A stretch of 64,000 nucleotides of DNA from a virus, in the IMG/VR virus record IMGVR_UViG_3300045303_000152, positions 1-64,000 of that record. One strand, written 5' to 3'. Of this stretch, positions 28,428 through 37,071 are shown piece by piece (within the stretch, counting starts at the first letter, position 1; each line of letters opens with the position of its first letter). Position numbers and translations under genes: made by a program. The notes beneath the pieces were generated by a model that saw nothing but the letters and a program-made list of their open reading frames with translations, ran no database searches and had not been told where the DNA came from.

Positions 28428-28808
28428 CTAGGTCGGTGCTGCTATTTCGAAGCATTGCAGATTGATACTGGCACTTGCCGGGTCAATCTCCAACACCTTG
28501 CGAACCATGTGCCACTGATTGCGAATATAAATCTTGTCATCCTTCAGTGGCATAGTGAAAGGCACAGTGAGGTTAGCAATGAGCATGATCTTAACGTCGG
28601 TATTCGGAATGTTGTTGAACGTCGCGTAATAGGCTGAGAAGCTTTCGCGTATACCCTGCACCTGATAGGTCAACGGCGTGCCCGCAACCCTATCGCCATC
28701 ACTACCCACCGTCGTAGATACCTCACGTCGTAGCGTGCCGGTCATCAGCTTGCCATTAAAGGCGCTGGCGACGATGTTAGCGATTTCAGTTGGCAGCAGG
28801 GATGTCAT
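28428..28808 (-). CDS. head closure (stopper) protein
   Basis: GTLRR, DVKIMLIA, DPASA motifs; position. Confidence 0.72.
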   Translation of the reverse strand: MTSLLPTEIANIVASAFNGKLMTGTLRREVSTTVGSDGDRVAGTPLTYQVQGIRESFSAYYATFNNIPNTDVKIMLIANLTVPFTMPLKDDKIYIRNQWHMVRKVLEIDPASASINLQCFEIAAPT

Positions 28809-29184
28809 TCAACAACTCCTGCCACTTCGCTTCAGCGATTTGTATCAGCTTGGGGAAACCAGCGCGCGGTGGGAACGAGGTGTTGTGCGCCTGAAGCCAC
28901 AACCGCAGCTCGTCCATCGTCAGCTCTTCGAATACAGGCTTGTTCGGCGCTGACAAGCGCGGGGCTTCGTCCTGTGCCGTTTCATCGAACGGAGCCATCT
29001 TGATCCAGCGGCCGTTGTAAAGCAGTTCCAACAGCTTGGCGTTGACTGTGGTCTTGTCGAACGGTTTGCCCGCCGTAACCTTGTTCATGGCCACGCGACC
29101 GCTCTTTACACAAATGAATTGGCGCGAAGCATCGAAGGGCTCGCGCATCCGACCACCGAACTTGGCTCTTGGGGGGAAGTACAT
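28786..29184 (-). CDS. hypothetical protein with a C-terminal HeH/LEM-like motif
   Basis: LTMDELRLWLQAHN...KLIQIA; follows the capsid gene. Confidence 0.6.
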   Translation of the reverse strand: MYFPPRAKFGGRMREPFDASRQFICVKSGRVAMNKVTAGKPFDKTTVNAKLLELLYNGRWIKMAPFDETAQDEAPRLSAPNKPVFEELTMDELRLWLQAHNTSFPPRAGFPKLIQIAEAKWQELLNDIPAAN

Positions 29185-29222
29185 TGTGATTTCCGTTTTG
29201 TTGCAGGTGCTAGTTAGTAGAT

Positions 29223-29259
29223 GGGCGAGGGGTTGCCCAAGGAACTCAACCCCTCGCCC
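29223..29259 (-). terminator. stem-loop downstream of the major capsid gene
   Basis: 13-bp perfect stem GGGCGAGGGGTTG/CAACCCCTCGCCC; no clear U-tract. Confidence 0.55.
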
Positions 29260-29282
29260 GTTAACGCCCTAACCCCCAATCA

Positions 29283-30353
29283 TCAGGGCGCCAAATTGTC
29301 CACGGCCTTGCTGAAGAACACGCCGAGGTCCGAAGAGACCACCCGCATGTCCCAAGCCATACGGCCCTGGAAGAAGTCGCTATGCGCACGCGCCTCGCGG
29401 CCACGTTCGATCACGCCGCCAAGCTGGTTGGTGAAACCCGGTACGAGGCCGGTCCAGCTAAAGGTGGCGATAGCAGTCGGGCTATCCAGCGCGGGGTTCG
29501 GGTCGATGTAGCACAGCAGCATCGACTCCTCGTCCGCAATGAACTGGAAGCTGTCGGTAGCGCCTTCCGCAGCCGAGTTGTAAACGCTGCGAGCGACCAC
29601 GAGGTTGTCCACCTCGAACAAGCTGGCAAGAATGCCATCGTCCGCAACACCGGTCTGCGTGTACTTGATCCGGTCGGTGATGTCCGGGTGCGAACGGAGC
29701 ACCCGCTTCACTGCCGAGCCGAGCACCAGCGTATTCGGGCGGTAGCCCGTGTTCCGCATGATGCGTTCCTTGGCTGCGTCGATCACGTCGATTGGCGTCG
29801 AGGCGGGATCGTTGAAGTTCAGGAACTGGTTGGTACCCGGCGTCGAGGTACCCCCGAGGTAATCGACGGCCCAGATACCGGTAGCAAAGAACCGCTGACA
29901 CCACATGCGATCCTGCTTAATCATGTTCTTCTGCGTCAGCAGGGTCGTCGCATTCTCGTCGAGCCGGATCGGGTCGTCGGCATTCGAGCGCTGGCGGTCA
30001 TCGACCGTGTGCTCCAAGCCGTACTCGATCGCGGTGTAGGTGCCGCTGCTCACCTTGTAGCCAGCCTGTTGCGGGCGTCCGCCGAGGGGACGGGGCTGAA
30101 CCTCATCCCTCCAGAAGTAGCCACGGTCGTAGGTGACGTACAAGTCGGTCTGCTTCAGCACGGGGATCTGCGACGATGCCCGCTGGGCAACGAAGTTCGC
30201 TTCGTCCTGCACGAAAGCTACCGAGAAGTTTGTGAGGTAGCGATCCACGTGGAGCGCGCCCTCGATGTTGGTGGCGGTTGGGCTGTTCTTGCTCATAGCC
30301 CCGAAGATATCGGCGCCGCCAGCCTTCAACGTCATTACATCACTCTGTTTCAT
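29283..30353 (-). CDS. major capsid protein (HK97 fold)
   Basis: LHVDRYLTNFSVAF, TGYRPNTLVLG, HPDITDRIKYT; strong codon bias; AGGAG SD. Confidence 0.9.
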   Translation of the reverse strand: MKQSDVMTLKAGGADIFGAMSKNSPTATNIEGALHVDRYLTNFSVAFVQDEANFVAQRASSQIPVLKQTDLYVTYDRGYFWRDEVQPRPLGGRPQQAGYKVSSGTYTAIEYGLEHTVDDRQRSNADDPIRLDENATTLLTQKNMIKQDRMWCQRFFATGIWAVDYLGGTSTPGTNQFLNFNDPASTPIDVIDAAKERIMRNTGYRPNTLVLGSAVKRVLRSHPDITDRIKYTQTGVADDGILASLFEVDNLVVARSVYNSAAEGATDSFQFIADEESMLLCYIDPNPALDSPTAIATFSWTGLVPGFTNQLGGVIERGREARAHSDFFQGRMAWDMRVVSSDLGVFFSKAVDNLAP

Positions 30354-30395
30354 TTTCAGTTCTCCTGTGCCCCTCTGTGGCGCTACGTTGTTAGA

Positions 30396-30764
30396 TTAGC
30401 CGATCATCGCCACAGCAACGAGCACGTTAGCGGCCCCTGCGGTCTCCAGCGTCACGCCGACTGGGTTGGTAGTGCCTGGAGTAATCTGCCCGTTCGTGGT
30501 TGCCTGCACACGCGTACCTGCAGGAATGGCGCCGGCAGCGCTTATCTTGGCAATGCCGCCAATCTGAATGCTGGCAGGCCCATACCGGCCGGCAGTAGCC
30601 GACAGCGGAACCTCGATGATTGGCCCGAGGGCCTTTTCTGCCGAACCGGCCAGCACCACCGTACCGTCCGCCTGAAGCTTGACGAGCCGATTGAGGCTGC
30701 CCGTCAAATCTGCCCCAGCCTCGCAGGCCCAGGTCAGGCTCTCATGTACCTTGAAAGTTGCCAT
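30396..30764 (-). CDS. capsid decoration protein (DUF2190-like)
   Basis: small Gly/Ala-rich beta protein immediately upstream of the capsid gene. Confidence 0.75.
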   Translation of the reverse strand: MATFKVHESLTWACEAGADLTGSLNRLVKLQADGTVVLAGSAEKALGPIIEVPLSATAGRYGPASIQIGGIAKISAAGAIPAGTRVQATTNGQITPGTTNPVGVTLETAGAANVLVAVAMIG

Positions 30765-30815
30765 GCTAGTCTCCTATCTAGGAATTAGTCGTGACTTGAT
30801 TGCAAAGGGTGCTGG

Positions 30816-32645
30816 TTAGTTTGCCTCCCCCTGCCAAGCATCGAAGCCCTCTGGGTCTTCCATGCGTGCCTTGCGCATGGCTTCCTGACGCTTCATGCCG
30901 CCCTGCTGGAGATCGGTAACGCGCTTCTCGAAGCTGCTACCACCCGAGCTCTTGAGCGTTTCGACCGTCGTGGCGCGCGTGCCAATACGCTGGAAGGCGA
31001 GCGAGGCGGTCTTGTTGGCCGCTGCGAACGCATTCTTGGCGTAGGTACGCTGAGCCTCTGGCATGCTTTCGAGCGACTTGAGGAAAGCAACCTTGTCCTC
31101 AGTCTTGCCCGGCAGGTGCGCCAGCTCGGTCTCGGCACGCTTGGTCAGCTCGACCTCTTCGCGCTTCTCACGCTCGACCTTGAAGTCCTTCTCGAGCTGA
31201 AGGGTGCGCGCCTGACTGGCCTTGAGCACGGCAAACATGCTGTCGCCCACGACCGACTTGAGGATCGTCTGGCCCTCGATAGCGAGGATCTCATCGCTGG
31301 CGATGGCCTTCTTCACCTCTGTAAGCCGGGCCGACTTGTCGAGTGCCAGGAACTTCTCCTTCGAGGCATCGTCCTTGCAAATGTTGTCGTAGTGCTCGCG
31401 CTCGTCGCCGGTCAGCTCGGCAACCTTCCTGGCAACAGCCAGCTCCTGCTCGGCCTTTTCACGGGCCTTCTTCTCCGTCGCCGCCGCTTTGGTCATCTCG
31501 TCGACCTTGGCAGACAGTGCATCCAGCTGCTTCTTCACTTCTGCGCTGGCGCTGGCTCCAGCATTTTTGTTCACAACCATGTTGTCCTCGTCCTTCTCTG
31601 CTTGAACCAGGGCCTTACTAACCGCCCCTTCTACTTCTGGCATGGCGGTTTTAAGGCCGGCCAGAAACCCTTCGACGCTAGTACGCAGCATATTCTGCCT
31701 AGTAGCGTCATCTACGTCTTGATCTGCGATAATCGAGCGAAGCGAAGTATCCAACGCGCTAATCAAAGGCCACGCGGCCGACATCATATCCTGATATTTC
31801 TTGTCGGCCTCGTACGTGTCGAGCACTTCGGTAAACGTCATTGCGCCATCGGATGGATCGATATAACGCTTGAGAATTTTACCAACTAGCCCTGGCGGTG
31901 TCTTGTCCTTCGCCGGTGCCTTACCCTTGCCCTTTGGAGGCGCCTTCTTGGGCTTCGCCGCAGCATCAACAGCGGCGTGAGCAGCAGCAGTATTGTCAGG
32001 ATGAGGATTGGCAACAGCATTGTCGATGGCGTCGTGAGCAGCACTAGCAGCATCGGCGCCATCAGGGCTATCTGTACCATCACCATTGTCGGCCCCCTCT
32101 TCTGCATTAGGGTCAGTGTTATCGGCCCCGCCCGCGTCGGCATTTAACTCGTCTGCCATCTGAGCCGCTGGGTCTGTCCCATCAGGTGCCGGGTTCGAGC
32201 CGTCATCCTGCAGCGGGTTCGGCATGTCGCCAGGGTGGCTATCCGGATACGCGATATGCCATGCATCGCGCAAGCGATTGAGCACGTCGTCGATGGCGTC
32301 GGTCGGAATGTGGTACTTCTGGGGCTTCACAGCGCCGCCGTTAGTGCCATCAACCGTCGAGGCTGCGTTGACGTTATCGCCAAATGCATCGATGGCCTTA
32401 TCCAGTCGAGCCTTCGAAATGTCGCCACCGGGCTCTTCGGTCAGCAACAACTTCCAGGTCTTGGTGTCCTTTGGGTCACCAACGTAGGCGAAATCCTCAG
32501 CCGGGTAGTCAAAGCGACCAACACTCTTCGTGATCGACTTGCGTTTCATGATCGCCATGACGGCTCCTTGCTGAGCTGGGACGTCAACAGTTGAGATTTC
32601 GCTGAGGCGAAACCTACGCATGATGTTCTTTTTAGGCGCAGCCAC
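30816..32645 (-). CDS. scaffolding protein with an N-terminal protease-like strand (EISTVDVPA)
   Basis: acidic low-complexity middle, C-terminal coiled coil; lies between protease and capsid genes. Confidence 0.72.
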   Translation of the reverse strand: MAAPKKNIMRRFRLSEISTVDVPAQQGAVMAIMKRKSITKSVGRFDYPAEDFAYVGDPKDTKTWKLLLTEEPGGDISKARLDKAIDAFGDNVNAASTVDGTNGGAVKPQKYHIPTDAIDDVLNRLRDAWHIAYPDSHPGDMPNPLQDDGSNPAPDGTDPAAQMADELNADAGGADNTDPNAEEGADNGDGTDSPDGADAASAAHDAIDNAVANPHPDNTAAAHAAVDAAAKPKKAPPKGKGKAPAKDKTPPGLVGKILKRYIDPSDGAMTFTEVLDTYEADKKYQDMMSAAWPLISALDTSLRSIIADQDVDDATRQNMLRTSVEGFLAGLKTAMPEVEGAVSKALVQAEKDEDNMVVNKNAGASASAEVKKQLDALSAKVDEMTKAAATEKKAREKAEQELAVARKVAELTGDEREHYDNICKDDASKEKFLALDKSARLTEVKKAIASDEILAIEGQTILKSVVGDSMFAVLKASQARTLQLEKDFKVEREKREEVELTKRAETELAHLPGKTEDKVAFLKSLESMPEAQRTYAKNAFAAANKTASLAFQRIGTRATTVETLKSSGGSSFEKRVTDLQQGGMKRQEAMRKARMEDPEGFDAWQGEAN

Positions 32646-32655
32646 CTAACTCTCC

Positions 32656-33705
32656 CTACTCGACTTCTTCATCAACTAGGCGATGACCGCCAATGCTGAA
32701 GCCGGTAAGGGTACCGTCTTCAAAGTCCTTCAACACCTTCTTGTCGGTCGGCTTCACGCCAACCATCAAGCCTGTCGTGCCAGACTTCAACCCCATCGCC
32801 TTAGCGATCTCGGTTGTCATCGGCCATGCAAACACAACCTCGCCGGCCTGCTTGCCCTTGTGCATGACCTTCATGACACGGTGCTCTTCCATAAACTTGG
32901 TAGCAGCTTCGAGCATCGCGTCTTCTGGTATGTGGTCGCCCTGCAAATCGTAGTATTCTTCACCGCCGACCTTGCTGACGATAGCCCAACCAAACACCAA
33001 ACCTAGGTTCTTCAGGAATTTGAATACGCCTAGGTTTGGCTCGGCGGCGCCCTTCTCTGTAATGCTGTCGGCCCAACTACCATCGTCAACCTCTTCGAAA
33101 ATTTCAGGACCCAGCTCGATTGGCCCCGTGTAGGGTTCAACCTTACTAAGATCCATGCTGCCAACATCGTAGCTAATGCTAACATGAGGACTATAGTCAG
33201 GATAATCCCAACTACAACCATGAACTTTACAAAGCTCATTGAAGCGCCGATCAAGACTGGGACTTGCGAACTTGAGTACTACTGCCCCCTTGTCCCCCAA
33301 AGGCTCGACTACTCGGCCACGCTGGCTCTTGATGACAACGCTGTCATCATCCTGCACAGGCCAGTCCACAGCATCGGAACTATGTGCGACCGTAACATGC
33401 ATGTCGTGCGGCTGTAGGGTTTTCTCGAACCCCTGCGACTTGGCCCACTTGATGATGTCAGCTGCATTCTCGACATTGCGTCGGCCGTACAGGGTAGCAT
33501 TCTTGACCTTGTGTATCCAGCGCGTGCCACCACTTGGCTTCTTGTACTGCTGGCTGACCGCCGACCAAGCCGAACGAAAGGCAATCTCCTCCGACTTTCC
33601 ACCTTGTAGCTGGGCGTTGACCACCCTGCGAAACAGGGTTTGCGCCGCCACAGGTAGCGGGTTCTTCACACTTGTCGGAAGATCTTGGTTTCTGGCATAC
33701 GGCAC
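32656..33705 (-). CDS. fusion: ChaB domain + Acb1-like 2H phosphodiesterase + XkdF-like prohead serine protease
   Basis: PY...DLP.SV...LP..AQ..F....N...AF..AW.AV (ChaB); HVT and HVS 2H motifs; VFGWA..DLQGD..MH..TGFSIGG (protease); likely GTG start 33705 (track start 33729). Confidence 0.82.
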   Translation of the reverse strand: MPYARNQDLPTSVKNPLPVAAQTLFRRVVNAQLQGGKSEEIAFRSAWSAVSQQYKKPSGGTRWIHKVKNATLYGRRNVENAADIIKWAKSQGFEKTLQPHDMHVTVAHSSDAVDWPVQDDDSVVIKSQRGRVVEPLGDKGAVVLKFASPSLDRRFNELCKVHGCSWDYPDYSPHVSISYDVGSMDLSKVEPYTGPIELGPEIFEEVDDGSWADSITEKGAAEPNLGVFKFLKNLGLVFGWAIVSKVGGEEYYDLQGDHIPEDAMLEAATKFMEEHRVMKVMHKGKQAGEVVFAWPMTTEIAKAMGLKSGTTGLMVGVKPTDKKVLKDFEDGTLTGFSIGGHRLVDEEVE

Positions 33706-33757
33706 TGTGGTTACATCCCTCGGCCCCAAGCGTTCTATTTAGAAAATGCCTCGTGCG

Positions 33758-33786
33758 CTTATAAGGCAAGAGCAAAGCAAATGCAA
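33758..33786 (-). promoter_or_regulatory. sigma70-like promoter for the protease-capsid operon
   Basis: TTGCAT-N17-TATAAG on the minus strand in an intergenic gap. Confidence 0.5.
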
Positions 33787-33830
33787 CACGGAGGCACCAA
33801 CAATTTTAGTGCTATCCTTGAGTTATACAA

Positions 33831-34478
33831 CTACCATCTAAAGAAATAATCGTGACCGTTTTGCACGCCAGTACACGTCATGCCAAGGTCCGTGAGAAAG
33901 CCAATCGCCCGCTTCATCTTGTCGAGCTTCTCTTCAACGATCACAAAAGGCTTGCAGCGCATGATTGTTTCGCGCGCACCAAGCAGGCCCGCGTACTCAT
34001 GCCCTTCCAAATCCAGCTTCAGTAAATCGAGCTGGTCGAGCTTGAGGCTATCGACCGCCATGCATGGAAAGTGCTTAGGCTCGCCCCGCGACTTGGTGTG
34101 TGGGTGAGCTGCCCATCCAACTGCCCGTGGCGTCATGGCAAGCTGACCGGCCTTATCACTAAGCGCCAACCTGTACAGATCGAGGGCTCGATCAGACCCG
34201 CGCTCAGGGCCGTACACCTCAGTATTCTTTTCCAGGCAGGCAAAAATGTGCGGTATTGGTTCGAAGGCAATTACCCGCTTGAAGTAGCGGGCCAGATGAA
34301 TAGTCCAAATGCCGACGCATGCCCCGCCATCTATTGCAACGTTCAGCCGACTACCGCAAGCCTGCACGACTTGCTGGATATCATCGTATTGGTAGCTGGG
34401 CAGCCCATTGATAAATGGGCCTTCGAGCCAACGAGTCTTAATCTCATCAGGACTCCACACACCGTTTACGTGCTTCAT
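33831..34478 (-). CDS. FkbM-family methyltransferase (paralogue of 11928..12578)
   Basis: IDGGACVG, AFEP, LKLDLEGHE, KPFVIVE. Confidence 0.9.
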   Translation of the reverse strand: MKHVNGVWSPDEIKTRWLEGPFINGLPSYQYDDIQQVVQACGSRLNVAIDGGACVGIWTIHLARYFKRVIAFEPIPHIFACLEKNTEVYGPERGSDRALDLYRLALSDKAGQLAMTPRAVGWAAHPHTKSRGEPKHFPCMAVDSLKLDQLDLLKLDLEGHEYAGLLGARETIMRCKPFVIVEEKLDKMKRAIGFLTDLGMTCTGVQNGHDYFFRW

Positions 34479-34481
34479 TTA

Positions 34482-34856
34482 TCATTCTTCCGGTGCAACG
34501 TACTTAGGAACATCGGGTAACGGTACGTTCTGACCCGAAAGTGCGTGTGTGCTATCCTCACAAAACTTAATAATTCCATTGTGGATGAAATAGTGACACA
34601 CTATCGACTTGCCGCACATCTGGTAATCTATCTTTATTGATGGACCAAAGGTCGGTTGTAGCATGTTGCCATCAAATGTCCACTTAGCGCCGTTAGTAAA
34701 CGGATGTTCTACTGCGATTGCATGCATCTCCTCACAGCCAGGGCACCAATGCATCCAGCCTGCATCGGCATGCTCGGCACCCTCAGTATTAACACAGCCA
34801 TCCTTACCTACCTTCGTACAGTAGGTATAGCGCCGGAGTTTTATAGCTTTTGCCAT
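34482..34856 (-). CDS. DUF6527-like Cys/His metal-binding protein
   Basis: CPGCEEMH, WTFDGN...PTF.PSI, CHYFI..G.I.FC.DSTH.L.GQ. Confidence 0.7.
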   Translation of the reverse strand: MAKAIKLRRYTYCTKVGKDGCVNTEGAEHADAGWMHWCPGCEEMHAIAVEHPFTNGAKWTFDGNMLQPTFGPSIKIDYQMCGKSIVCHYFIHNGIIKFCEDSTHALSGQNVPLPDVPKYVAPEE

Positions 34857-35438
34857 TTAGATACCGTCGTTGTAGTCGAACTCGTCGTTGGTGACGCTCT
34901 GGGTCTTCCTATCCGTCGTCACGCCGGCACCAAAGGCTTGCCCGATAACTGCTGCTGTAGCGCCGCACATATACTTGCCGACCAGTTCCTGCACAGGTAT
35001 CGGGAAGCGAGCATTCTGATCGTAGTAGTTCTCGAGCCCCGGCCGAAAGTAGGTCAAGCTCACCGAACCCGCCTTGATTATCTGCAACCCTTGGCCGTTA
35101 GGCGTTGTCGTGCTCTGCACGTTGCTGCCAGCCATCAACAGATTGGCAAGCTCGATGCAGCCATCGACAATATCGGTAGGCACGACATTGTCCTCTACAC
35201 CGTCTATACCTGTATCAGTGCGCGGCCACTGCAATGCTTGGCCGCTAGTCATAGTCTTCTCACCTACCCAGCACTGCCTATCCATCGTGCGGGTAGCCGT
35301 AATCAATGCTTGTGCCTTCTGAGTTTCAGTCGCCGCTGCCCATGCCGTGGCGCTGAGCATGCCAGCAAGATACATATCAGCATCGCCAACACTTGCGTAA
35401 ACGTCGTACAGAGTGGAGTCAATCGCAACTACAGTCAT
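34857..35438 (-). CDS. head-tail adaptor (DnaT-like family)
   Basis: YASVGDAD.YL, ALITATR.MD, QALQWPR, VP.DI..GCIELA. Confidence 0.8.
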   Translation of the reverse strand: MTVVAIDSTLYDVYASVGDADMYLAGMLSATAWAAATETQKAQALITATRTMDRQCWVGEKTMTSGQALQWPRTDTGIDGVEDNVVPTDIVDGCIELANLLMAGSNVQSTTTPNGQGLQIIKAGSVSLTYFRPGLENYYDQNARFPIPVQELVGKYMCGATAAVIGQAFGAGVTTDRKTQSVTNDEFDYNDGI

Positions 35439-35450
35439 GCGTACCCCCGA

Positions 35451-36992
35451 TTATTTGCTAGCCGCTGTGTTACGCGGCAGCCGTTGCATTTCTGGACTTT
35501 GCTTTGGATTACCCTGCGCATCTACCTCACCTGTACCGGGCGTGTGTGGATCAACGCTGTTAGCTGGTGGCAACACCTTGGGCAATGGTGCCGGCGGCTG
35601 GTTTGGGTCGTTAGGATCAGCCGTCAACACCTCTTGCTCGGGTTGAAACTTGGTACGGCTGACGCCGAGCATGTCGCGCACGTCATTGACGACGGGATCA
35701 TCCGGCGCGAGCGTTGCACCACTCTGGCTCAAGCGGGCAAGCGTCGTGGCAACCTCGACAACGTCCTTCGGGGCTATGTTCTCAGCTACGAGGTGAGGCC
35801 TAAGCCTATCATCAAAGCCGTTAAGCGCCCACAATGGAGTAATGATATCATGTTGCATAGCAGCTACGATGGTACGGAGCACGCTGTTGGCAATCAGATA
35901 GACATTTTGCGACTTATCTGAAGCCACGGCCTTTGCACCGCCAGCCGTACCGCCCCCGAGCATGAGATGCTCGATGCCCATGATGCGCGCCATTTCACGT
36001 TGGATGCGATCAATCGCAGCGCTGATCTCGCTCAGGCCCAAGGCTGGGCCGCTCAGCAGGTCCAAACTCCACTGCTTTTCGCTAGAAACTACCGGGCCGC
36101 CAGCCGTGATGGTCGTAAAAGTCTGGCTATCCAACAGCAGGCCGGTATCCGACTGCTTGACCTGGGTTTGGACCATATCGACCATACCCTGGACCAACCG
36201 TGCGCCTTCCTCAGCCGTCATGTTGCCGGCCTTAACCGCCTGATTGATGGCCGACAACGGCGCCCGACCTACGGGAATACCACGCAAATCCCGCTCATAG
36301 GCCCGCACCTCAAGCTCAAGAAAGCGTCGCAGCCGCGAGTATGGCTCGACCAAATGCCGAAAGACCCCCAAACCCTCGGGGCTATCGGTGAGGTTATCTT
36401 CCTTCATATAAACCAGCTTGCTTCTAGGCAAGCCTAGCAATGCATTGTTCTGTGGATTGCGCTGAAAGCAGCCCAGCACGTGGCCAACCTCATCCACCGC
36501 CCATTGCTCGATGGTATGCTGTGGCCGCACCTCAATGTCAGAAATGCCGATCAGCCCGTCGATTGACCGATGCTCGGCAGTCCACTCTTGAACGCTAAAG
36601 CCATGAAAGCGAAACATGCCGGCCTGTCGCACGATGTTAGGCCAGGGAGTATGCGTATTGGCCAGCACATCGTTCACGAAGTCAGCCATATCCTTCGCTT
36701 CACTACTAGCGTCGGCAGGCTGGGCCGTCCATTTGGGGTTTGAAATCAGGTTGAGGAAATAGTGAACGCCGGCCGCTACCACGCTGGCGTTTACGGCTAG
36801 CTCGCTCGAGAGTATCCAGCGCTGCCGGCCATGCCACTGTGACGAGGCATCCTTATTCTGAATGTAGCCGCCCCAAGTGGCAGTACCAGTAGAACCCTGA
36901 GTTTGGTAAGGCGTTGGTAGAGGAAGTTGCGGTGCGCCCCAGAGGCTTCGACCCCACTTCCTGAGTTGATCTATGCTTAGTGGATTTGCCAT
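35451..36992 (-). CDS. portal protein
   Basis: about 510 aa directly after TerL; GFSVQEW, SPEGLG, ERDLRGIPV. Confidence 0.85.
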   Translation of the reverse strand: MANPLSIDQLRKWGRSLWGAPQLPLPTPYQTQGSTGTATWGGYIQNKDASSQWHGRQRWILSSELAVNASVVAAGVHYFLNLISNPKWTAQPADASSEAKDMADFVNDVLANTHTPWPNIVRQAGMFRFHGFSVQEWTAEHRSIDGLIGISDIEVRPQHTIEQWAVDEVGHVLGCFQRNPQNNALLGLPRSKLVYMKEDNLTDSPEGLGVFRHLVEPYSRLRRFLELEVRAYERDLRGIPVGRAPLSAINQAVKAGNMTAEEGARLVQGMVDMVQTQVKQSDTGLLLDSQTFTTITAGGPVVSSEKQWSLDLLSGPALGLSEISAAIDRIQREMARIMGIEHLMLGGGTAGGAKAVASDKSQNVYLIANSVLRTIVAAMQHDIITPLWALNGFDDRLRPHLVAENIAPKDVVEVATTLARLSQSGATLAPDDPVVNDVRDMLGVSRTKFQPEQEVLTADPNDPNQPPAPLPKVLPPANSVDPHTPGTGEVDAQGNPKQSPEMQRLPRNTAASK

Positions 36993-37071
36993 CCGTCCGT
37001 GACCCCTCAAGAGCGCCCAAAGTTTATTTTGTGCGCCAGACTAGCATAAAGCTGTCTCGCGAACAACCTGC

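Noticed and set aside
29382-30788. 468-aa plus-strand ORF antisense to the capsid and decoration genes (likewise 31116-31889, 34704-35921, 37837-38898)
   Set aside because: Shadow ORFs expected from strong GC3 codon bias on the coding strand; no clear SD and no recognisable motifs
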